Source: Prorocentrum cordatum
Taxonomy: Eukaryota
Direction of reading: 5' to 3'
Length of the DNA stretch: 64,000 nucleotides
Assembly (NCBI GenBank): GCA_963575745.1
Contig: CAUYUJ010000002.1
Coordinates: forward strand, 310,001-374,000
Shown here piece after piece: positions 1 to 8,865 of this stretch. Under the pieces are notes generated by a model. It had not been told where the DNA came from. It ran no database searches and saw nothing but the letters and a program-made list of their open reading frames with translations. Numbering within the stretch: the stretch's first letter is position 1; each line of letters opens with the position of its first letter. Position numbers and translations under genes: made by a program.

Positions 1-2
1 AC

Positions 3-1019
3 AACTTCGCCGAGAGGGCGTGCTGTCGCAAGGGGTGCCAAGCTGCGGGGTGGCCAGCGCCGCGGCAGCTGGGCGCCTTTCCTCCGCTGCGGGGGTGGCC
101 TGCAGGCGGCGGCGGTGGTGGTGCTCCTGGCGGCGCTGGCGGCGGGCGCGGCGGGCGTGGGGCAGGCGGCGGCAAGCCTCCCACACGTGCCCCGTGGTGG
201 CGAGGCGGAGAAGGTGGCGGCCGTGACGCTGGTGGCGCCGTGGAGCTCAGCGAGGAGCAGCGCAGTGGCTTCGTGTGCATGGCAGAGGCCGACTTCGCCC
301 TCACCGCCGCGCTCCTGGCCCCGAAGGTCCGCGAGCAGCTTCTGCAGGCACGGAGGCTGCGTGAGGGCGGACTGGGGGCCGAGCTGTCCAAGGACAAGAC
401 GGTCAAGGCGGCCCAGGTGCAGGCGGACGCCAAGGTCTTGCAGGTCAAGAAGTTGGAGGGCCAGCTGGAGCAGGCAAAGGCCAAGGCGGTGGCGGCCATC
501 AACGAGTCGGCCAGCCTCGCGGACAAGTTGGTGCTGCTGCGGAAGGAGTGCGACGAGGCGGCGGCCAAGGCACGCGAGGCGCTGGCGGCTCAGCGCACCA
601 GGGTGGCGGCCGAGGAGGCTGAGGCGGCGGCAGCAGCCGCCGAGCCGAGAGCAGCACCAGCAGCCTCCCTGGAGTCGATACAGGAGGCGATCGGCGGCTT
701 GTCGAGGGACGAGATCGCGAAGCCCGGGAAGGTGCTTGCGGAGCTCAGCGGCATACCAGGCGCCGCCGCCGCAGCGTGGGCGCCTCCCCGTGCGCCTGTG
801 GCAGCGGCGGTCCCTGTGCCCTCGGCGGTGCCAGCAGCAGCGCAGCAGGTGGACGCTCCCAAGGAGGAGGGGCCTGGCGTGTCGCAGGCGGCGCAGCAAG
901 CGTGGCAGGACATCACGTGCGGGATTGAGGACCCCGCCAAGAGGGAAGCAGCGGAGCAGTTGCTGGGCGACGCCAAGAAGATGCGGACGGAGGTCAAGCA
1001 GATGGAGGAGGAGTCCTAG
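3..1019 (+). CDS. Element A ORF1 (5'-partial): C-terminal half of a RanBP2-like zinc finger, Gly/RGG-rich segment, coiled coil
   Basis: Frame 3 is open from base 3: NFAERACCRKGC...GGGRGGRGAGGG...ELSEEQR...KKLEGQLEQAKAKAVAAINESASLADKL. Codons are GC3-rich and the ORF ends in TCC TAG at 1014-1019. Confidence 0.85.
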   Translation, partial: NFAERACCRKGCQAAGWPAPRQLGAFPPLRGWPAGGGGGGAPGGAGGGRGGRGAGGGKPPTRAPWWRGGEGGGRDAGGAVELSEEQRSGFVCMAEADFALTAALLAPKVREQLLQARRLREGGLGAELSKDKTVKAAQVQADAKVLQVKKLEGQLEQAKAKAVAAINESASLADKLVLLRKECDEAAAKAREALAAQRTRVAAEEAEAAAAAAEPRAAPAASLESIQEAIGGLSRDEIAKPGKVLAELSGIPGAAAAAWAPPRAPVAAAVPVPSAVPAAAQQVDAPKEEGPGVSQAAQQAWQDITCGIEDPAKREAAEQLLGDAKKMRTEVKQMEEES

Positions 1020-4000
1020 CAAGAAGTGTGGGGTCTGGAGGATCTGCACGGTCAACGTCAATGCGTTCAGCAACCTGGGAAAGTGCATGGCGGTGAGTGA
1101 GGTGCAGGACTGCGACGCCATACTAGTCCAGGAGACGAGGCTCCTGGAGGGAAGGAGCAGTGATGCGGAGGCGCAGCTCCGCAGCCAAGGGTGGCGGGCG
1201 AGAGGCACGCCTGCAGTGCCGTCAGCGGCAGGAGGCCTCAGCACAGGAGGCCTCCTCACCATGGTGAGGAGGAGCCATGGCATGGCGGAGGTGCAGGACC
1301 AGCAGGCAGCGGTGCTGGTGGCAGGGCGAGTGCACCTGTGTTGGGTGTCAGGCGTGCTGAGCAGCGGCTTCTTGCTCGCCAACCTCTACCTGGAGGCGGG
1401 GGTCGGCCTCAACGATGGCAACGTGGCCAGCCTCAGGAGGCTGGCAAGGAGGTTGAGGCAGTGCCGCAGGGACTTCGTGGTGGGCGGCGATTGGAACCTC
1501 ACGGAGGAAGAGTTGCAGGCAGGCGGGGTGCCCGACATGTTCGACGGCAAGGTGGTCAGGCCCGCCTCGCCCACGTGTGCAGCGTCGGGGAGGACCATCG
1601 ACTTCTTCCTGGTGTCCAGGGGGCTGGCTGCGCTGGGTGTGCGGGTGGTGGAGGCCTCGCCAGTGTACCCGCACTCGGCGGTGATCCTCGAGATCCGCAG
1701 GCAGCAAGAGGAGGAGCGCTTCAGGCTGGTCCAGAAGCCGCGGACCTTTCCTGAGGTTCGGCCGCAAGGGTGTTGTGAGAGAGACCACGGCAGCAGCTGG
1801 AGGCAAGCCAGGATGAGGGTGCAGGAGCAGCTCGCGTCGGTGCTGAGGTTCGAGGGTGAGGCCGCAGCGAGGAGCACCCCACGTGCTGAGGAGGAGGCCC
1901 CTCAGCCCAGCAGCAGTGGTGGCGCAGCAGGTCAGCGCACAGCTAGAGCTGGCCAGGAGATTCCCAGGCCAGTGAGGGGCAAGGGAGCTGAAGGGGTGTC
2001 TGCGGCGGAGAGATGGGGACCACTAAGCAGCGTGCTCCCGATCGCACCTGCGCCGCCGTCCTGCGTGACGGACGTGAATCTGATGAGGTGCTGCGTCCAG
2101 CATGGCGAGGAGTGGCAGAGCATCCTCGACAGCTGCGGGCTACGGCGAGAAGTTGGCGCGGAAGGGCTCGGCGCTGCACCGGGCGTTGAGGACCAGCCAG
2201 CGCACCTCGGGGCCCTGGCGCCAGGAGCGCAGGGCACCGACGCAGCGGAGAGAGGGGGCAGCAGCGCCGCGGGCAGCGCTGTGCAGGAGGCGCAGGCGGA
2301 CATCCCTCCCCATGCTGGGACTGGCAGTGCACCCCCGAGCCAGGCACCGTACGGAATCGCGGGTTGTCCCTTTCAGGTTGATGCGGCTGAAGGAGTGCAC
2401 GTGAGGCCCCCCAGCCTCTGGGTCGAGAAGAGGCAGGCAGCCTCTGCCGCTGAAGAGGAGGCCCCTCGGCCCAGCAGCAGCGGTGGCGCAGCAGGTCAGC
2501 GCGCAGCTGGAGCAGGCCAGGAGCTTCCCAGCCCAGTGAGGGGCAAGGAAGCTGAGGAGGTGCCTACGGCGGAGAGATGGGGACCCCTAGGCAGAGTGCT
2601 CCCGATCGCACCTGCGCCGCCATCCTGCGTGACGGACGAGAAGCTGATGAGGTGCCGCGCCCAGCATGGCGTGGAGTGGCAGAGCATCCTCGACAGCTGC
2701 GGGCTACGGCAGGAAGCTGGCGATGAAGGGTACGGCGCAGCGCCACGCGGCGAGGTCCAGCCAGCGCGCCTCGGAGCTCAGGCGCCAGGAGCGCATGACG
2801 CCGACGCAGCGGAGAGAGGGGGCAGCAGCGCCGCGGGCAGCGCTGCGCAGGAGGAGCAGGCGGACAGTCCTCCCCATGCTGGGACTGGCAGTGCACATCC
2901 GAGCCAGGCACCGTACGGAATCGCGGGTAGTCCCTTTCAGGTTGATGCGGCTGAAGGAGCGCACGTGAGGCCCCCCAGCCCCTGGGTCGAGAAGAGGCAG
3001 GCAGCCTCTTCGGCGGGGCAAGCCCAGCGCCTGCAGCAGGACGGGCAGGCCCAGGGCGCGGCGGCGGAGGGGGCTAAGGGGGCCTTCACAGCCGCCTTCG
3101 CCACCTTCCTGGAGTGCGCGGAGGACGAGTGGGTCGACGTATACCAGCTGGAGGAGCAGAGGGCCAGGTACGTTGGCAGAGCGGACGGCTTCTCCACCAA
3201 GCTGGTCAAGCGCAGCGGGGTGCAGGACCCCAGGTCGCCGAGGCTCACGCCAGAGGCAGCGTGGATGGCCAGGGTGGCCAACGCGCTGGGAGCCATGGCG
3301 CAGCTGAAAGCGCCCAGGGCCAGGGTCGACGCGATCTGCTACTTGCCCCAGCTGGTGGCGGCGGTCCCGAAGAGAGTCAGGAAGCTGCAGCAGGACGAGG
3401 AGGCCCGCCCAGGAGAGGGAGGCGGCACCTCCTGCAGCACGGAGGCTGGGCGCTGGCTGAGGATGTTGCAGCATGGAGGCCTGGCGTGCTGGCGCCCCCT
3501 CCTACTCGAGAGGCTGGCCGACCGCGCGAAGCAGCACGCCAGTCACCTCGCCAAGCGCGACGTCGACGAGAGGGGCAGGCAGTTCGACGAGTGGGTTGGC
3601 AAGCAGCTCACAGGAGGAGCGGCAGGGCTCCACGCGGTCACGCGAGTGGCGGTGGGCTGGCAGGGCAGCGACTGCAGCATCGGTGCTGGACCCAGCAGCC
3701 TGAGCAAGGAGCTGGACGACCTCGAGAAGGAGTGGAGCAATATCTGGAAGGTGCAGTGCAGCCACGCCGAGCTGGAGTGGCCGTCCGATCTCGGTGAGCG
3801 CCCCCCCGGGCCCAGCTGCGAGGTGATGCGGGCAGTCCTGAGGTCCTTCAGGAAGGGCACGGCCACGGGATTCGAGGCGATCAAGCCGAGACAGCTGCTG
3901 GAGCTCAGCGACGAGGGGATAGAGACTCTCATCGACATCGTGGTGGCGGTCGAGCAGGCTGCGGAGTGGCCGCAGATCCAGAGCAAGATCGTGTTCTTGG

Positions 4001-7000
4001 CCAAGAGGCTGGGCGGCGTGCGCCCCGTGGCCATTGTGCACGTCCTCGCTTGGGTGCAGACGAGGCTACGCAAGCCCCTGGCTGAGGAGTGGGAGCGCAA
4101 GAATGATCGGCCCTTCTTCTGGGCGGCGCGCGGCAGAGGCTGCGAGAGGGCGGTCTGGCAGCAGGCCGTGGAGTGCGAGTGGGCGACAGCGAAGGGGCGC
4201 GAAGCTGGCGATGCATCCAGCTGGGTCGCGGCCCTCATCCTCCTGGACCTACTCAAGGCGTACGAGCAGGTGCAGCATGGGCGCCTCATCCAGGCCGCCC
4301 AGCGGACGGGCTTCCCGCTCTGGCAGCTCAGGCTGCAGGTGAGCTTGTACCGTGCGCCCAGGTGGCTGGCGCGGGACGAAGCCGTCAGCAACGCCATCAG
4401 CACCGAGCAGGCGGTGCTGCCTGGAGACGGGCTGGCGACACTCATGCTCAAGATGCTGCTGCTTGAGCCGCTGGACAAGCTTCAGGAGCTGGTTCCCACG
4501 CTGGCGATTTCGGTGGTCGTGGATGACATCATCCTGAAGAGGGTGGGCGGCTTCCAGCGGACAGTCAACGACCTCACGCTGGCGGCCAGGCACCTCAAGG
4601 AACTGCTCGGCGAGGCCGACCTCGAGGTCGCGGTGAAGAAATCCAGGGCGCTGGCGAATGTGCCAGCAGCGAGGCAGGAGTTCGAGAAGCGCCTGCTGAA
4701 GCCGCTGGGGGTGCGCGCCACAGGACAGGAGAGGAACCTGGGGGTCGACTTCAGCGGTGGCAAGAGGATAGGACGAGCAGTTCGTCGCGACAGGATGGTG
4801 CAGGCGAGCGGCAGGCTGCGCAGGATCAAAGTGCTGCAGGTGGTCAAGGCCAAGCGGAGGGCCACCAAGAGGATTGTGAAGACGGGGCTGCACCCGTGCA
4901 TCGGATACGGCACGGCCATCACGGGCTGCACGGAGGGGGAGCTGGACCGCGCCAGGACCCTCGTTTTCGTCGCGGTCTCCAACACCACGGCGAGCAAGTC
5001 CAGGTCGCTCGGGCTCATGCTCCAGGCAGGCCTTGACCCGATCTACGACGCGACCTGCAAGCCGGTGCTGATGTTGCTGCGTGCGGTCTGGGAGCGGTGG
5101 GTGCCGCTGCACATGGTGTGGCGGGGCCTCGAGGACAAGCGGCCTGTGTCCTGGGTGCACGTGCAGGGCCCGTGCGCGGCGACGGTGCTGTCCCTCAGGA
5201 GGATCGGCTGGGACGTCGTCGCCGCCAACTGCTGGGTCATGGACGACGGCGTGGCCATCGCGCCCTTCGACTGCGCGCCGTGGGTCGTGGTCAAGCTGGT
5301 GAAGAGAGCAGTGCAGCGCTGGCAGTGGAGGCAGGTCAGCAAAGCCCCAGGGTGCGCGCACTTGGCGGGTGGCGGCGAGCTGGAGCCCCTGGTCAGGCTC
5401 ACCTCCTCTGGCTGCGCTAGGAAAGCCGACGAGCCACGCCGAGAGGAGGGAGCACCTCGCACCAGGGTTCGGTTGACGGCGCGAGAGCAGGCCTACCTGA
5501 GGTCCCTCATCATCGATGGGCAGTGGACTCAGGCGCGCAAGGAGGAGAAGGGGCTGGCGCCCAGTGCAGGGTGCTTGAGGTGTGGAGCCAGGGGCACGCT
5601 GATGCACAGGCACTTCGACTGCCCGTGCTGGCGTGAGGTGCTGACGCTCCCAGAGGACCTGGCAGGCCTCCGAAGGCAGAGCGGAAGGCCTGAGGTGCAG
5701 CTGCTGCTTGAGAGGTGCCTGTGGCCGACACCACGGGGCATCTGCCGCCCGCCAGTGTGCAGCGACGTGTGCTGGAAGGGCGACCACGATGGAGGCACCC
5801 TTCCTGGAGGTGAGCTGTTTCTCGATGGCTCGGCGTTCGAAGCGGGCTACGAGGAGGTGGCGGCAGTTGGCTGGAGCGTGGTGGCGCTGCAGGCGCACAG
5901 TGACGGGTACAGAGCCTCCATCGCTGGCCAGATGGAGGGCCACTGCGTGGACATCAACGGCGGGGAGCTCACAGCGGTGATCATGGCGCTCAGGTTTGGC
6001 CAAGGGGTCACGGTGCTGGTGGTCGACTCCAAGTACGTGTACGACGGCTTCTACAAGGTCGGCAGGGTGGGCACCACGGGCTACGCGTACACGTGGGCTC
6101 ACCTGTGGCGGCGAGCCTGGGACCTGCTGGACGAGCGAGGAGGCCTTGGGCATGAGGTCAGCCTGAGGTGGATGCCCAGCCACAGCACGCGGCGGCAGGT
6201 GGCGGCGGGCGAGGTGCTGTACAGAGATTGGTACGGCAACCGACTGGCGGACAGGGCGGCAAAGGCTGCGGCGGCCAGCGGGCGCCTCCCCGTGCGGGAC
6301 AGAGAGTGCCTGGAGAGGAGTCGAGACGTGGTCGAACGAGCAGCCATGTGGTGCGCGGCAGTCGGCAGCTGGGTCGACGGCAGCGACACCACGCACGGCA
6401 AGACGAAGGTGCAGCGCGCGCTGCCAGTGCGCAAGGAGCCAGCGGCGAGAATGGCCTGCGTCTGGAGGAGGCCGCCTGGCCTACGTCCCTGGTGCGAGGT
6501 TTGCAGATGGTCAGGCAGATCAGGAGAGTGCCCTGGCAGCATCGTCGCCGAGGCGATCAGGGCCAACAACAGGCTGAAGGCGCAGCAGAAGGCGTCGCAC
6601 GACCTGGTGCTCCTCGCGCCTGTTGATGGGAGGCTGCTGGTGCGCAGGATGCCGCTGGTGGCTTGCAGGGCGTGCGGGTTCACAGGCGCGGCCAGAGCGA
6701 GCTCCTTCCACCTCGAGTGCAAGAGTGTCCCTTCGGCTGCAGGCGCCGCCGCGGTCGCGAGGCTGAGGAAGGGGCTGGCTCCGAAGGTGGTCAGCGAGGT
6801 GGCAGTCAACATCACGATGCTGGCGGACGACGTGCAGGAGGGGAGAGGCCAGCCGCCGCAGGACATCGCGGGGGAGGAGGACGGCCACTCCTTGCGCCCG
6901 CCAGGAGGAGCTCCAGGTGGCGGGGAGGGGGAGGACGAGGACTCCCTGCGTCCCCTGACCCCTGAGGGCTCCAGCGCGGCGGCTGGCCCGAGAGGGCGAG

Positions 7001-8139
7001 CTGGCGGCAGGCGTGCAGCCGCGGCGCGCCAGGCCGCGGCAGGAGGCGAGGCAGGGCCTGCGGGCGGCGGCGACGGGCCAGGCCCGCGGCGCCGCGCGCG
7101 CGTGCGCAGCAGCTCACCGAGGCAAGACGCTCTGACGCCGCCCTCGCTGTCGCCGAAGCGGGCGGCCAAGGTGGCCAAGCAGCAGCAGGGGGAGAGCCAG
7201 CGGCCTGAGGCGGGCCCCGCCGAGGGGGAAGACGGGGTGGCTGCAGGTGGCAGCGGCGGCGGACCGCCCCCGCCGATGCTGGCGGGCGACGTGCAGGAGG
7301 GGAGAGGCCAGCCGCCGCGGCACATCGCGGGGGAGGAGGACGGCCACTCCTTGCGCCCGCCAGGAGGAGCTCCAGGTGGCGGGGAGGGGGGGGGCGAGGA
7401 CTCCCTGCGCCCCCTGACCCCTGAGGGCTCCAGCGCGGCGGCTGGCCCGAGAGGGCGAGCTGGCGGCAGGCGTGCAGCCGCGGCGCGCCAGGCCGCGGCA
7501 GGAGGCGAGGCAGGGCCTGCGGGCGGCGGCGGCGGGCCAGGCCCGCGGCGCCGCACGCGTGTGCGCAGCAGCTCGCCGAGGCGCCAGGCCGCGGCAGGAG
7601 GCGAGGCGGGGCCTGCGGGCGGCGGCGGAGGGCCAGGCCCGAGGCGCCGCGCGCGTGTGCGCAGCAGCTCGCCGAGGCAGGCCGCGCTGACGCCGCCCTC
7701 GCAGTCGCCGAGGCGGGCGGCCAAGGTGGCCAAGCAGCAGGAGGAGAGCCAGCGGCCTGAGGCGGGCCCTGCCGAGAGAGGAGGCGAGGTGGCTGCAGGT
7801 GGCAGCGGCGGCGGACCGCCCCCGCCACGCGAGGCCAGAGGGGCCAGGTCGCAGGAGGAGGTCCAGCCGCCTGCAGGTGAACCTGCTGCTCGATGCGAAG
7901 CAGGGGCTGCGGGCGGCGACAGCGTGGACTTGGAGGACAGGTCGCAGGAGGAGAGCATGCCGCCTGCAGGTGGCTCTGCTGCTCGATGCGAAGCAGGGGC
8001 TGCGGGCGGCGGAGGCGGCTGGCCGAGGCCGCGGCGCTGCGCGCGGGAGCGCAGCAGCTCGCCAGGCTTGGCCGCCAAGGTGGCGAGGCTGCTGCGGGCC
8101 GCGCGGGGTGAGGCCTGGCCGACAGCCTCGGGCGCGTAG
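1018..8139 (+). CDS. pol: Element A ORF2 polyprotein: APE endonuclease, reverse transcriptase, zinc finger, RNase H, C-terminal Cys/His motif, repetitive tail
   Basis: APE: ICTVNVN, LVQETR, VGGDWN, TIDFFLVS, YPH. RT: GGVRPVAI, LDLLKAYEQV, VLPGDGLAT, VVDD (4516-4527), NLGVDF. Zinc finger: CLRCGARGTLMHRHFDC. RNase H: FLDGSA, GELTA, VDSKYV, WMPSH, GNRLADRAAK. No internal stops. Confidence 0.95.
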   Translation, partial: SKKCGVWRICTVNVNAFSNLGKCMAVSEVQDCDAILVQETRLLEGRSSDAEAQLRSQGWRARGTPAVPSAAGGLSTGGLLTMVRRSHGMAEVQDQQAAVLVAGRVHLCWVSGVLSSGFLLANLYLEAGVGLNDGNVASLRRLARRLRQCRRDFVVGGDWNLTEEELQAGGVPDMFDGKVVRPASPTCAASGRTIDFFLVSRGLAALGVRVVEASPVYPHSAVILEIRRQQEEERFRLVQKPRTFPEVRPQGCCERDHGSSWRQARMRVQEQLASVLRFEGEAAARSTPRAEEEAPQPSSSGGAAGQRTARAGQEIPRPVRGKGAEGVSAAERWGPLSSVLPIAPAPPSCVTDVNLMRCCVQHGEEWQSILDSCGLRREVGAEGLGAAPGVEDQPAHLGALAPGAQGTDAAERGGSSAAGSAVQEAQADIPPHAGTGSAPPSQAPYGIAGCPFQVDAAEGVHVRPPSLWVEKRQAASAAEEEAPRPSSSGGAAGQRAAGAGQELPSPVRGKEAEEVPTAERWGPLGRVLPIAPAPPSCVTDEKLMRCRAQHGVEWQSILDSCGLRQEAGDEGYGAAPRGEVQPARLGAQAPGAHDADAAERGGSSAAGSAAQEEQADSPPHAGTGSAHPSQAPYGIAGSPFQVDAAEGAHVRPPSPWVEKRQAASSAGQAQRLQQDGQAQGAAAEGAKGAFTAAFATFLECAEDEWVDVYQLEEQRARYVGRADGFSTKLVKRSGVQDPRSPRLTPEAAWMARVANALGAMAQLKAPRARVDAICYLPQLVAAVPKRVRKLQQDEEARPGEGGGTSCSTEAGRWLRMLQHGGLACWRPLLLERLADRAKQHASHLAKRDVDERGRQFDEWVGKQLTGGAAGLHAVTRVAVGWQGSDCSIGAGPSSLSKELDDLEKEWSNIWKVQCSHAELEWPSDLGERPPGPSCEVMRAVLRSFRKGTATGFEAIKPRQLLELSDEGIETLIDIVVAVEQAAEWPQIQSKIVFLAKRLGGVRPVAIVHVLAWVQTRLRKPLAEEWERKNDRPFFWAARGRGCERAVWQQAVECEWATAKGREAGDASSWVAALILLDLLKAYEQVQHGRLIQAAQRTGFPLWQLRLQVSLYRAPRWLARDEAVSNAISTEQAVLPGDGLATLMLKMLLLEPLDKLQELVPTLAISVVVDDIILKRVGGFQRTVNDLTLAARHLKELLGEADLEVAVKKSRALANVPAARQEFEKRLLKPLGVRATGQERNLGVDFSGGKRIGRAVRRDRMVQASGRLRRIKVLQVVKAKRRATKRIVKTGLHPCIGYGTAITGCTEGELDRARTLVFVAVSNTTASKSRSLGLMLQAGLDPIYDATCKPVLMLLRAVWERWVPLHMVWRGLEDKRPVSWVHVQGPCAATVLSLRRIGWDVVAANCWVMDDGVAIAPFDCAPWVVVKLVKRAVQRWQWRQVSKAPGCAHLAGGGELEPLVRLTSSGCARKADEPRREEGAPRTRVRLTAREQAYLRSLIIDGQWTQARKEEKGLAPSAGCLRCGARGTLMHRHFDCPCWREVLTLPEDLAGLRRQSGRPEVQLLLERCLWPTPRGICRPPVCSDVCWKGDHDGGTLPGGELFLDGSAFEAGYEEVAAVGWSVVALQAHSDGYRASIAGQMEGHCVDINGGELTAVIMALRFGQGVTVLVVDSKYVYDGFYKVGRVGTTGYAYTWAHLWRRAWDLLDERGGLGHEVSLRWMPSHSTRRQVAAGEVLYRDWYGNRLADRAAKAAAASGRLPVRDRECLERSRDVVERAAMWCAAVGSWVDGSDTTHGKTKVQRALPVRKEPAARMACVWRRPPGLRPWCEVCRWSGRSGECPGSIVAEAIRANNRLKAQQKASHDLVLLAPVDGRLLVRRMPLVACRACGFTGAARASSFHLECKSVPSAAGAAAVARLRKGLAPKVVSEVAVNITMLADDVQEGRGQPPQDIAGEEDGHSLRPPGGAPGGGEGEDEDSLRPLTPEGSSAAAGPRGRAGGRRAAAARQAAAGGEAGPAGGGDGPGPRRRARVRSSSPRQDALTPPSLSPKRAAKVAKQQQGESQRPEAGPAEGEDGVAAGGSGGGPPPPMLAGDVQEGRGQPPRHIAGEEDGHSLRPPGGAPGGGEGGGEDSLRPLTPEGSSAAAGPRGRAGGRRAAAARQAAAGGEAGPAGGGGGPGPRRRTRVRSSSPRRQAAAGGEAGPAGGGGGPGPRRRARVRSSSPRQAALTPPSQSPRRAAKVAKQQEESQRPEAGPAERGGEVAAGGSGGGPPPPREARGARSQEEVQPPAGEPAARCEAGAAGGDSVDLEDRSQEESMPPAGGSAARCEAGAAGGGGGWPRPRRCARERSSSPGLAAKVARLLRAARGEAWPTASGA
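1885..3009 (+). repeat. In-frame tandem duplication, 2 x 564 bp (188 aa), between APE and RT of element A
   Basis: Copies start GCTGAGGAGGAGGCCCCTC (1885) and GCTGAAGAGGAGGCCCCTC (2449). Both end GAGAAGAGGCAGGCAGCCTCT (2445 and 3009). Confidence 0.95.
6815..7826 (+). repeat. In-frame tandem duplication (~459-bp period, with nested sub-duplications) in the C-terminal tail of element A ORF2
   Basis: MLADDVQEGRGQPP starts at 6817 and MLAGDVQEGRGQPP at 7276. The block RQAAAGGEAGPAGGG...RSSSPR occurs three times. Confidence 0.9.
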
Positions 8140-8228
8140 CTGCGCCGAGGCGCGGGCGCGCGTGGGGCGCGCGCCTCGCAGGGGTGGCCGTGGCTCGACG
8201 CGGTCCGCCTCACCCCGCGGGCATCAAG

Positions 8229-8835
8229 TCTCCTCCTCCTCCTCCTTCTCGTCCTCCTCCTCGTCCTCTTCCTCCTTCCCCCCTCCAACTTATGGTGGTG
8301 GTGGTGGAAAGCGGTCCCATCACCGTTCTCTCGGATCGGAGGGGCGGGGGACAGACCATCGCTGACCACCACTCTCGGGGTGTCTTTAGGTCGGGCATGT
8401 CCTCCTACAGGCTGATTTTGGATGACAAATCAATACCCCAACAATACACTTTAAACATAAAAACGCACACATAGAGAGACAGAGAGAGAGAGAGAAGTCG
8501 TCCCCAGACTTTGTTTTGCTCTTTTTGAATTCTCCTCATGTAGAGGGACACGCCCGACTTACGGGGGGCTTGAAAAAACGCGGGGGTGCAGAAACGGCTG
8601 CGTGCAGCTGGTCTCCGCGCCCCACCGCCGGGCATTTTCTCCTCGATGCGTGGCGCCAGCTGTCCGCGGCCGGCTCGCTGACGTCCTCCTCCTCCTCTCT
8701 GCCCTCTTCCTCTTCTTCCTCCTCTTCCTCGTCCTTCTCCCTCCTTCCCCTCCTCTCTGCCCCCTTCCTCCTCTTCCTCCTCGTCCTCCTCCTCTTCCTC
8801 CTCCTCCTCCGTCCTCCTCCCCCTCACCTCCTCCA
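8229..8835 (+). repeat. (TCC)n tracts at 8229-8283 and 8683-8835
   Basis: Imperfect TCC repeats, the first directly abutting the 3' end of element A. Confidence 0.85.
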
Positions 8836-8865
8836 CAATTATTCAATATGAATATACTCTCCCTC

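Larger units (their letters stand above)
1..8228 (+). mobile_element. Non-LTR retrotransposon copy A (APE-RT-RNase H family); 5' end lies outside the window
   Basis: ORF1 plus an uninterrupted ORF2 with APE, RT and RNase H motifs. The 3' UTR has two hairpins (8146-8178, 8181-8216) and runs into a (TCC)n tract at 8229. Confidence 0.95.

Noticed and set aside
115..1017. N-terminal ~300 aa of the 2674-aa ORF in the track
   Set aside because: It has no ATG and an Arg/Trp-rich off-frame composition, and it overlaps the real ORF1 frame. It stays open because of high GC.
4249..8372. Long antisense ORFs (715 aa and 757 aa)
   Set aside because: They are shadows of the GC3-rich sense ORF2 and carry no domain motifs.
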